Shown: positions 28,901 through 40,900 of the stretch, piece after piece | Layout of the letters: the number at the start of each line of letters is the position of its first letter | Position numbering within the stretch: position 1 is the first letter of the stretch | NCBI GenBank assembly: GCA_964035545.1 | Contig: OZ037765.1 | Coordinates: 34,868,080-34,932,079 of the forward strand | Source: Bugula neritina | Taxonomy: Eukaryota > Animalia > Bryozoa | Direction of reading: 5' to 3' | Length of the DNA: 64,000 nucleotides | Position numbers and translations under genes: made by a program | Notes under the pieces: model-generated | Told to the model about the DNA's origin: nothing | Database searches by the model: none | What the model saw: only the letters and a program-made list of their open reading frames with translations

Positions 28901-31900
28901 TCCGCTAGTCTCTATTCGCTGATGTTAAACTCTCCTCTGTTTTCCAGCGTTTGCACATTCTTTTTAAATAATTCTTTGATCCGGGTCTACAGAGCTCATA
29001 CATTGTTTTTCTATAACCTCTCAATTTGGGTGTACTTTTGAAGCAGCATTTCATGACAACTTTGTTGTCTTCTCTTGAGTATCTTCTTTTAGTTGTGCCA
29101 TTAACGGGTTGACGGCCGTAGGTTGCCTGGCCCTCCACATACCCACTGCCAGACGAGACATGCCATGTTTAGTTAGACATACCATTAACGTCGTTGGCTT
29201 TATTAGTTCTATTTTAATGGATCATATTATTATTTTTAATTATTATTATTATCACTATCAGTAGCAAATAAATAATTTTATATTTGTTATTAGTTACTAC
29301 TTATAGAAATTGAGTGCCACAGCTTGAGGGTTATAAAGTCAGTCTTAGTCAATGTAATGGGGATGCTGATACTGACATTTGGCTTCGAGCTCATAGTTAA
29401 ATTGCTAACAACTATACCTAAGGATAACAGGAGTATTAAAATGTTAATTTATAAGGATTATAACCTTAGAGTGGAGATATTATTCTCAATTTATTTAGTT
29501 TTTACTTTACTAACTTTTATTTTATTCATCAACCTTACTGTCTATTTAAATAGCAAACTAAAGAATAATTATGAAGGCCTTTGAATTGAAGTACTTTTCT
29601 GTAGCTGATTAGATTTCAAGTATTAAAATAACATACTAAGACAGAATACCATTATATGAGCTAGATTAATAAAGTAAAGAAGATTTCTTTGTTAATCAAA
29701 ATATAGGTGTCACATATGCCTATTTTTAAGATTATGTTCTTATATGTGCTGTCTTTTTATTAGTTTCAAAGTGCTACATTTTGAGGGTGGCCTACATCAA
29801 TATGACTTCCCTGTAATTGCTTGTCAACTATAAGAGTTAGACCTATAAACTGTCTCATTTTCAAATTATCTTTACTTTTCTAATTGATGTTAACATGACT
29901 ATTCCTATTAGTATTTTGGTGTTTACCATTAGTAATGTTTGAACTAACATCAATATCATTGTTAATTTGTCTAATTATTCAAATTTTAATATTCATCATT
30001 TGTGAACAGTAATAAAATTTTGTCTTTCTTAAATTAATGTGATGCTAGATTAGCTACTCTAGCAAGTGTGTATTGTGCAATGAGTACTAATGCCATATTT
30101 TTGCACTTCTTGTTCTATATAATTTAGATTTAAGGTAACAATTCCTAAAGCTATCACATATTGCTGCTATCAGTTATAAAGATGTCACTGATCCAAACAT
30201 TGAAAACCAGCTGAGTGCATGCAAGGTTGAAAACTTATTTTCTCTGGTTAGGTAAGTAGAAAGGTATTTGTTGTAATTTACAACTATTTTGTTTTCAACA
30301 TCCTTGATGTTCATCTCTAAAAGATAAGTAGCACAAAATGGTACCTGTTTTACTTAGCAGAAGAAATTATTGTCAAAGCTCTATTACTACATTTTAAATT
30401 GTATGACACTCTTTTGACTACATTTGATTTCATATCTCAAATAATTATATTTCTGACTCATGAAACTGTAACCACACACTTGAGAACAAAATAAATAATG
30501 ATATGGAAGCTTTCTTTAACTTTGTCAATTTAGTCAACAGCCAATGACTGAAAACACGTTTTGTACACTATTGATTGCCTCTCTAATTCCGCTATAAGGC
30601 AGAAACTTTAATCTCAAAATTTAAGACACTGGCAATTCTTCCCAATAATACGTTGTTCAAAACAAATATTTTTTGCCAAGTAATATAGTATTTAATTATA
30701 TTTTTTAGTCAAAGAAATTTGTTTGGTTTCTTGTGTCATCTTGAATAGCTTGTTATTCATTATCTTTTTCTTCGTGTTATGACTATGAGTGTATATAACC
30801 TTTGCTGACAGGTTTTTCCCCCATCACTATATGTTTCTCTGTTTACTCTCTAACATTTTTATTTCCGTTCATTTTTTAGAGTTTACTAAAATGACATGGG
30901 TGTGCTTTGTTGTGGCTCCTAATTGAGCGCATCCGTTGAGATTATTGGAAGTTTTGTTGAAACTGAGCTGAGGCCTCTTACTCCTAAAGGCAAGAATTTG
31001 AGTCATCTTAGCTACTTGTAGCATATCAACATCGAACAGCACCATTCCGCTACTCTAAGCTTAAGGTTTTGGCTGCATTAGATCAACAGGTAAGTTTAAT
31101 AGTTTGTATTTCATACACTATTTCATGATGTCTGTTCAGCATTTACTTGGTAGCACACATTTATAGATTTTGCATTCTTTTAGTTTTTTGCAGTACAACT
31201 TTTCTACGCAACTATTACACTGTTGTTGCTGTTAATTGTAGTTTATTCTGCTTGACCATGCAATTATTGAATTATGTTGCAAAGGTGATTGAGTCCTTTT
31301 ATTTAATTTAGTACACACTGGAAATCTGCAGTTTTTAGCCATTTTTACAATTTAGCTGCTAATGAACAATGCTTTTTGCTTAAAATTAGTGAGACATCAA
31401 GAAATACACCTAAATAATCAAGGTTCTTCTTAATTTTGCATGATTTCTCATGTTTTTTCCTATTTATTCATTTCATTTGGATTGCCTACTGTTACAAACT
31501 AACCGTGGCGATCCCCAGTCAGAAGTTGCTGTAATTAGAAATAGCATAGGAAATCAAAGAAAATTAAAAAGAGCCTTGATTATTTAGGTGTATTTATTGA
31601 TAGTTATTTATTTATAGTTTCGGGCCAAAACTCATGTTCATTAGCAAAAACTTGAGATCTTCAGTATGTACTAACTTAAATAAAATGAACCAATTGCAGT
31701 AAATTTCTGCATTTTCTAATACTTCTTAAATTTACACCTAAAATAGTGCTGTCTTAAGAAAATGACACTAGCTGCTGTTTTCATGTATGTGCCCCAATTG
31801 TATATAATGCTGTTGATTTGTTTAGTGCTTTTTCTATTTGTTTGTTATATAACTTTTCTTTTATGGTTGTTGCCAGCACCTAAAGCATTATTCATTAGTG

Positions 31901-34900
31901 TCAATTAATTTCTACTCACAGTTTTACTGTTACATAGTTTATAAAGCCCTTGTGTCAACTTTTCTAGATATCCTGGTTAAAATTGTTCCACTTGATGAAT
32001 GGCATAGGGCATATGCAATAGCAAAACAGTTGCAGGCTGTTTTGGAAAAAAAATTGTGCATATAACCTTTATTTTATACATGTTATTTAGGCTTTGGTAG
32101 AACTGTTGGAGAGCCTTCCTCTTGAATAAAGCTACTCAACTTCCCGGATTCTACTTTATTGACAATAACCCACTACCTACAAAACGCCTTGAAATTTAGC
32201 TAATAAATTATGTATTTTGTGATTTTTTTTTAAATTTACAATGTTATGTATAAATTACAATCAGTTTATATATATATACATGTCTTTTACTACTTAGTAT
32301 TACAGTGTAAAAAGCATTTCAGGGTTAACAATTTAAATAATTGGCCCTAACAGTATTTATGTATAATACAGATTTGCAGATGCTTTAAATGAACCCAAAA
32401 AGCTGATGTTGTTAAACAGTGTACAAAATAGTCACCTCATATCAGCCAGACATGCTTAGTCATTACCTAGCATTAAATCATATTATGAATGCAGTCAAGT
32501 TTTGATATGCATCCCTATTATTGATAGTTTGTGAACCAGCAATTAAATATCAAGAAGCAATATTACTAACCAATGTGCTGGTTAAAGAGTTTCAAGTTGT
32601 AGTTATAGTATCAAACTATTATAATGGCATAAAAACTATCAGTTAAAACATCTTATTAATATTTACTACAGGAATACATATTATAGGTGTGCTAAAAATC
32701 TGGTAGAAGCATCAATTATTTTAGATGTTTTGGATTTAGTATCTCTGTACTATAATGTAATATACAGAACATCAGATGCTGTCTCCACAGTGCATTGATG
32801 GCACTAATGAATATTAATACATGCAGGCAGTGTTGGTAATGATTTATTGAAATAGGAGTTTAAAAACTGTTTAAACAACAATGAAAAGCCTGAGATTAGT
32901 CCAAGGAGAGGGGTATTTCAAGCTAGCAGATGAGCAATATAGATGCGAAAGTCTTGCCTAAAAATCATTATTGTTATATCTAGTCATTAATTTCTTGCAA
33001 TAGATCTATTTCACTATTGAGAAGAACAAAATTAGCTAGTAAACACTGTAATAGAGTCAAGGCACTTTGGCAGTGCTAGTTTAAAATAAACCTGGGATAG
33101 TCGAATAGCAGAAGTACTTGTTGATGCATAATATAATTATGTACAGCTTAAGATTTTGCAATACTGTGTTTTCAGTGAGATATTAATTTCAATAGCTACA
33201 TTAAAATAATGTACAATTCTAGCAAGTGATGCAAAATCTTCTAAGATGCTATGACTGTAGCAGTTTGCTACTAGTCTCAAGTAACAAACCAAATAGCCTT
33301 TCTTTGTGCCATCATCCAAATGCCAAACAAATAACTCATTCACTCTGTAACAACATGGTGGTCTCCCAAGTAGATTGTTAGACATTTCAGGCATTAATAA
33401 CCAAAGGCTTTTCACTTTGGCATTATTGTATAGTTACCCAGCTAAATAAATAATGTATTCATGGTATTGTAATTGCCAGCCATGCATTTATCTGTGAATG
33501 CAGCTAAGTAGTTAATACGGCCATATATTTATGTACTATGTAGCAATGCCTAATGTAGCTATCAAGCTTCTACTTATACTCATTTTACTGATGCTTTACT
33601 TCTGATTGCATGATTACAAACATATCAGTTCAAACAAAATTATTTTAGATAGGAATAAATATAATGCTCCTAGCAAATGTTGTAAAACTATTTTCCAAAA
33701 ACATATACTTTGCAAACAAACTTTTCAGAAAGTTATAATGCATTTATCATATTATTGTTTCATTTAAAAGTTATAATGATAGAATATTATAATTAAAACA
33801 CACTCAAATTTTTAGATTCTTGTAATATTGTTAAACAAGAGTTAACAGTAAGATTGGCTGTAGAGTAGAATGTGTAGCTGTTTGTACTAAAGCTAACAAG
33901 TAACTGGCATTAAAAAGAGTTGTAGATAAAAAGTAACAGAATAACAACTGGCTTGTATATTGGTAGTGCAAAAAGCTGTATATAACAGTTTAAACAAATA
34001 CCCATTAGAATAAGTGGTAACCCAGTACATAAAATGTGGTATGTCATAATACATCTTTGTGGTGTATTGACTAGGCTAGATCAACACATAGCACTATGTA
34101 ATTGCTTTAGTATTTACAATTAGTTTGTGGTCTGGTGGGACTTGTTGATAGCCATTGTCTTTATTAACATAACAGTTTCATAAAATTAGCAGTTTTCCTT
34201 ATTCACCTAGTTAATTTTTAAGATTTATGTACAATATTTACATATTTGGATATAAAAAATATCTTCAACCAGTGAATATCAAAATAATGATTAAAGACAT
34301 ATTTTATGTCATATTTTTGTGGCAATCTAAATAATAAGCTGGTCTAAATTGTACTTGTGCAAACAGAACCAGCTCATGAATATATGTTGTCTTTTTTTAA
34401 CTTGACAGTTAATCTAATATGGATGTGTATTTTATACTTGCTTTTGTGTTTAAGGTGATAGAATTGCACTGGTAAAGTTAATAAACATTGCTTGTTTGGC
34501 ATGCTTTTGCGTGGCATTGCATATTATGCTAAACTAATGGCCAGTTTTGCAGTAGCTTCACCATAACCTTCAAAAGAATGCAAATATCATCTAATTATTG
34601 TAAGCTTTTTAAGTTAATTTGTCTAGCTATAAACAACAATTTCAATTTCACGATATACATAGCTCTATAATTCTGAAAAACTGCTAGGTAGAGTGGAAAT
34701 TAAACACGATCTATTCATTGCTAAAGTATTACAGCTATGAATAATATATATGTGATTACCTGAGTGATATCACAATCTCCACTTGCTAAGTTAGTTTAAA
34801 TACAGGAAAAAAAATTAATCTGGCGAAAGATTATATATGAGAAGCTGTTTTTGTAATAATTTCCTGCTCTAGGGTGATTTAAAAGAATTGTTTTAAAGCA

Positions 34901-37900
34901 AAACTTTTGCATACATGAGTTGAATAAAATCATTGAGAGTTTTATGAAGGTCTATTTGTGTATAGGTAGCCCTATGTCACAACTCAAGTTTTTAGATTTT
35001 ATGCAATTTGTGGTGCAAAGTTGCAAATAAAAACCTTATTTTAATAATACTTAGACATATGCAAGCAATAAAGATAATGAAAAAAATGCTATAGTTGCTA
35101 ATTAGCTAATATTACTTGCATATGATGCAAATATTTGTATGCATGCATGTTTAGTTTGTTAGCATTGGTTAGATATAATTGAATATATAGATTTGATGTG
35201 GAGATTGAAGAAAATCAATATGTTGTGTTCTATATACAACAACAGTTTTTACATTGGTTTGTTAATTACTTCATAAATCATTTATTACTTCATGCAATAT
35301 TTGTTCCTGCAACTTTGCAGAGTGGCAAAATGCATTTCAAAGACATATATTAAGTGATTTTAATTATACTAGAATTTTCAAACTAAGAATTTTTGTGGAG
35401 TTTTCTTCTTCCTAAGACATATGTGGCAATTGAACACATAATAAGTTGTGGGCTACAACTCCTTTATACAACCTTGCAAGAAATTATGCAGCTATTAATT
35501 AAATAGAAAAGGAATTATTGAATTTATTTATTCAACATTATTAGTATTTTATAAATATTTGTTGCATTTAATTAATGAGCATAAAATTTGTTTTACAAAT
35601 ACTGTAATTAACAGCATGGTAAAAATATATTATATATACTGGTATATATTTTGTATTGTATTAGATTTAGGCTACATTGCAAGACATTTATAATTAAAAT
35701 GAGTTAATGGCTAAGTTTAAATATCTTCGACTTATAGATTACATTTTTATGTGCTATAAAAATTTAACTCGTTTGTTACGACATTTCTCCCTGCATAAAA
35801 GCAAAACTTACTGCAAGAAATCCTTAGCTAGAAAGATAAATAATAATTTACTTCAATTACATCAAAAGCTAATATCAGCCAGCATTCTATAAATAATGGT
35901 AATTTACCTAGTGTAATTTTTCTTAAACTAGCTAAGCTTGCTTGGTACTTTAATAAGTTTATTGGCATAGTGTATTATTTTATACTTATATATTTTTAAG
36001 ACTTTAAGGAAAATGATGTTTTAGCTTCGTTATTCCTAATGCAAGCCTTATAAATTTACAATATATACTAAAATATTATATTTGTAATCAGAAAGAAAAC
36101 AAATTACTTTCATAAACTTATAATTATTGCATTCTGTTATTGTTAATGCTAGAATAACAAATTGAACACGGCATATGCTTCGCTAACCAGATGCTTTTAA
36201 ACGGATTAAAAATAATTTGTCAATTTCTAATTATGAGGAACAAACTCCTCGATAGTTTCTACATTTGCGCATGATTTTATCAAGATAGGCTTGTTTTTGT
36301 GTCAACCTGTAGCCAGTGCAACTATACTTTATGTAACGAGTAAAACAGACTCATTTCAAAGTACACAGTCTAAAGGGTAGGAATTACTACAAAGAAAAGT
36401 GCCGGTTAAAAGTTAATTATAATTGGAAATAAGGTGAGATATCAGTCAGAAATTAAAAAGTGTCAACTAAAAAGGTGTATTTTTATTTCTTTTTGGCTTA
36501 ATGAAAATGTTTTTTGAGGAAGAAGTACGAGAAACATCTAGGAGGGGTTCATATCCACCACTGGCGACTACCTGTTTATTGATGAAGAACTATCCAATGA
36601 TAGTACAGTATTATGGTCTTTTGCCTTATAATTGGCTTTGATTTTTTTATGTCTAATTACGAGATACTAAACAGATGCAAAGTATGTTGTGCATAGGCAG
36701 TTTTTTTATGTCTCTAAACAACATTCTAGGAAAATATATACTGGATTCCTCACACTGCTTGCAATGTGGGTAGGCCTACTCAGTGTCTCAGCTCTGAACA
36801 TGTCTTTGCCATTTCTTTGCCTTTATCAGTGTTCTCCTCTCCCTAGATAATATCTCTTGGTTCTCACTGTAAATATATATCTCTGTTTCTTGAGCTCACT
36901 CTAGCACTCAATACCAGCCATATGAAACTCAGACAGATTAGAATGTTGCTGTCCTCACCATGTAACAGATATTTCATACCTGTATGTTACGTTACAGTAT
37001 GTCTTCACTGAAGAATCTTGAGGTATTGAATATATCATGGAATAACCTATCTGAAGATCTACCTGACAATATATTCACATCATTACTATCATTGAGAAAG
37101 TTGCACATGTGGGACTGTGAACTGTCAACTCTACCAAACAGGTGTGTATTATATTATAGTGTAGAATGATACTGTAATATATATATATAATATCTCATCA
37201 GTAACTCAGCAACTGTCTGCATACATAGCAAAGGTTTCTACAGTTACACTCAGGTTGAGGATAGTCTGTTGAGACTAGAGCTAAGCTGTCAGCGTGTCAG
37301 CATTGTTCATGAGATTTTTTAATTTTGTGTATTTTCCGCCTGCTTTTAGCTGTCAGTCATCAATGAAAGTGAATTGCATTTTTGTTGGTTAGAAGGGATA
37401 GGATTTCTACTTGATAGCTTACCATGTGTACAGTACTAATTCCTGTGTACTCTGAAGATAGGATATTTCAGATCAGCTATCAGAGTTACAAATTGTTAGA
37501 TGTTACAGAATTTGGGGTTTAGAGTTCAGACAATAGTTTGTATACAAACACTGCACCCACGACCCCAGGCTTTGTGCTGCATTCATCAATTCCCATCAGA
37601 TTTTATCCCATGCAGTTGGTGGTTGTTGAGTGCTGATTGGCTGATTTGTTCCACTTGTATCACGTGCTGCAAGCCCGAATGTTTTCTCTTTCACTGGAAG
37701 TTCATCTATTCAGTTTTAAAAGTTACAATTATAATTATGAAGGGTGGTTTGCTTTCTTCCATCTATAAGTACAACATATTGTTGTTGAATGCAAACAAGT
37801 CTGACCCTCCTACCTGTCAGGGACTTGAAGTGAATCTTTCAACCATTGGCTGGTGAGTAATATCTCTGTGCATAACACAGATATTGCAGGATTTAATTAA

Positions 37901-40900
37901 CTTAGCCATATCTCTACACAGGGCTGGCCACCAGAAGTGGTGCTGAGCCCTCACTCTACATTCATGCACCCTCTAATGGCCCTGATAGCACATTTCTAAA
38001 TATCCTGACTGTAAAGACTAGGGAATATACACCCTGGACTTGTACATTAGCATATTATAAGCTAGTAAATAATGTAGGACTGTATAAAGCTGTGTTAGCC
38101 CACCTATCAAACTGCAACCATTTTTTGGTCGTGCAAATTCTATTACTTTTATACTGATAGGGTCTGAGTTGGTAGTTTTTAGTCTCGTTTCTTATATTTA
38201 TTATCATAGAGGTTAGTAGTCTTTATGATAGAACTTACATATGACTCAATGTCACCATTTGATTCCTCACACTGCATGTAATGTGGGTAGGCTTACTCAG
38301 TGTCTCAGCTATGAACATGTCTTTGCCATTTCTTTGCCTTTATCAGTGTCCTCCTCTCCCTAGATAATATCTCTTGGTTCTCACTGTGAATATATACCTC
38401 TGTTTCTTGAGCTCACTCTAGCACTCAATACCAACCATATGAAACTCAGGCAGATTAGAATGTTGCTGTCCTCACCATGTAACAGATATTTCATACCTGT
38501 ATGTTATGTTACAGCATGTCTTCACTGGAGAATCTTGAGGTATTGGTAATATCAGGGAATTACCTATCTAAAGGTCTACCTGACAATATATTCACACCCT
38601 TACTATCATTGAGAGAGTTGAACATGACGCACTGTGGACTGTCAACTCTACCAAACAGGTGTGTATTATATTATAGTGTAGAATGATACTGTAATATATA
38701 TATATATAATATCTCATCAGTAACTCAGCAACTGTCTGTATACATAGCAAAGGTTTCTACAGTTACACTCAAGTTGAGGATATTCTGTTGAGACTTAAGC
38801 TAAGCTGTTAGTAATTTCTATGACATCACAGCCGCCATAAGGCTTTGGTTTACTGGTCATAAAATAATTTAAGCTTTCGTTAGTTTCTGTATTTGAATTT
38901 TTTAAAACTTAGCTCAAAGTTTGGGTATCTAATAAATTTTATCTAGCAAAAACAGAGGCAGAATAAGTGGTAGTACGTGGAATTATCATTGGACGTCAAC
39001 ACTGACTCAACCATGTTCTTTTACACTTTCATTCATCTGGTAGAATTGAAAGCACAATTGTTTTTTTTGTTCAAGGCAAGACATCTTTGTACAGGAAGGA
39101 GTAGTTTTTTAGTCAATTCCATGGAAGAGTAGTGATGTGCACATTGGATAAAGTTATGTTAGCAGATTTAACTGAATACTGGTATTCATTTTCACCCTTA
39201 CTATTGCAAGTTATGTAGATAATACCAAATCTAATTCTAATTAGTTGAGTATTAGATACTACCCAGCTGCAGGCTAGGATAGCTATACAATAACTATTTG
39301 CAGTGAACAGTAATATATATCATTTGGTATAAACAGAAATGATTATTAAGATATGATTATTAGATTGTGTGAACAATGCATAGAATACTGTGATATCTAG
39401 TGACAACATTTACCAGATGACAACTAAATATATATTTCTATATCAACAAACCCTGCCTTTGTTTGAACTCTCTATTATTTGTGATGTTTGCCAAAGCAGT
39501 TCATTCAAAGGTCAAGGACACATTCACCGGCTTTCCATGTACCGATCTCAGGTCGATCTCAGCGAGATCGATCCATGGAAAGACGCCAAAGATCGATCTC
39601 CGTCGATCTGAGCTGGTCGGTCTGTGGAGCTCGAACTCAGATCGATCTCATGTCAATAAGACCATGGAAAGACGCCAGATCGATCCGAAAAGTAGAAAAA
39701 GACTGTGCGCTACAATGTTGTCTGCTAATAAAAATGATAACTTATTGATAATTACTAAGCAAAGTATTAAATAATTATGATAGCCACCTTTTCAAATGCT
39801 AAAACTTTGACTTTCAATACAATGATTAAGAAAACGCAATTATATGCAGTAGAAGGTAAAAAAAATGGGAGAATTTAAATTGAATTTAATTCACTATTAA
39901 AACTTAGTTTCATTGGCTATTTTCTTTATAATTTCAAGCCTAACAGTCTTGTTAGTTTATTAATAATCTGCAAGACAGCCATTAATTTTATATAAGCTGT
40001 CAAGCTAAAAAATTAAAATTAATTATTTTAAATTGGCCAAATCACCATACACTGAAAGCTTTGCTGCGTAAAGTTTATAGCTGAAATTAAATTTTAGACT
40101 AGGACCATCTTGTTTTCAACAGTAGTAGTTTTAATCACTCAAATAGGTGAACAAATTATACTTTTAAAGTATTCTTCACTTAAGAGGAGGCAACTTCGCG
40201 AGATCGATCTGACACTCTCATGGAAAAACGATCGATCTGAGCACATCTCTCAGATCGATCTTAGCGAGATCGATCTGAGATCGGTACATGGAAAGCCCGT
40301 GATTGTTTAACTATAATATATAGCCATTTTATAACTTTCTATATTACCCATTATTGTAATGAATATATTTGCAATGTCAACTTCTAGACATTATCACTCA
40401 ACAAAGATGGTGCTCTTATTTCTGCATAAAATCAAATTTTTGATATAAAAGCTATCATGTGATAATAAAGATGCTTCAACTTGTACTGACAGTGTATAGT
40501 GTTCTGTTCACTAGCATACAGAGTCTACAGAAGTTGGAGGAACTGGACATATCATATAATAACTTCACGAGTTTACCATCTCCTGTGTGCACACTCAGTA
40601 GTCTGCAGAAACTGGATATATCCTCCAATAAGTCCCTGACATCCTTAGATCCTGAGATACTACAGCTAACTCAACTTCGTACACTGTATGTTGGATATTG
40701 CTCTGCTCTCACATCTCCTCCAATAGAAGTATGTGAGAGAGGAGTAGATGCTGTGAGACAATACTACACAGACTTGGCTAAAGGTGCTGGTAGAAGTCTT
40801 CCATTTGCTACTATAGCTGTACTGGGTAATACGATGGCTGGGAAGACCAGTCTAATCAGAACATTACAGAATGCTGACAGAAAGAGAGTTCTGACCAACA

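Larger units (their letters stand above)
16496..36743. mobile_element. 20.2-kb insertion with 8-bp TSD (GATTCCTC), probably a giant or nested DNA transposon
   Basis: GATTCCTC at 16488-16495 and 36744-36751; empty site in the sister unit at 38261-38268; TAGGG.../...CTG ends; AGTATCTCGT (16512, 16640) is inverted as ACGAGATACT (36659). Confidence 0.75.

Noticed and set aside
33137-33415. WHLDDG motif suggesting a CRE-like RT remnant
   Set aside because: A single motif in heavily decayed sequence; boundaries cannot be supported.
39390-40310. Several short ORFs overlapping MITE copy C (and copy B at 10076-10589)
   Set aside because: Chance ORFs in non-coding TIR elements.
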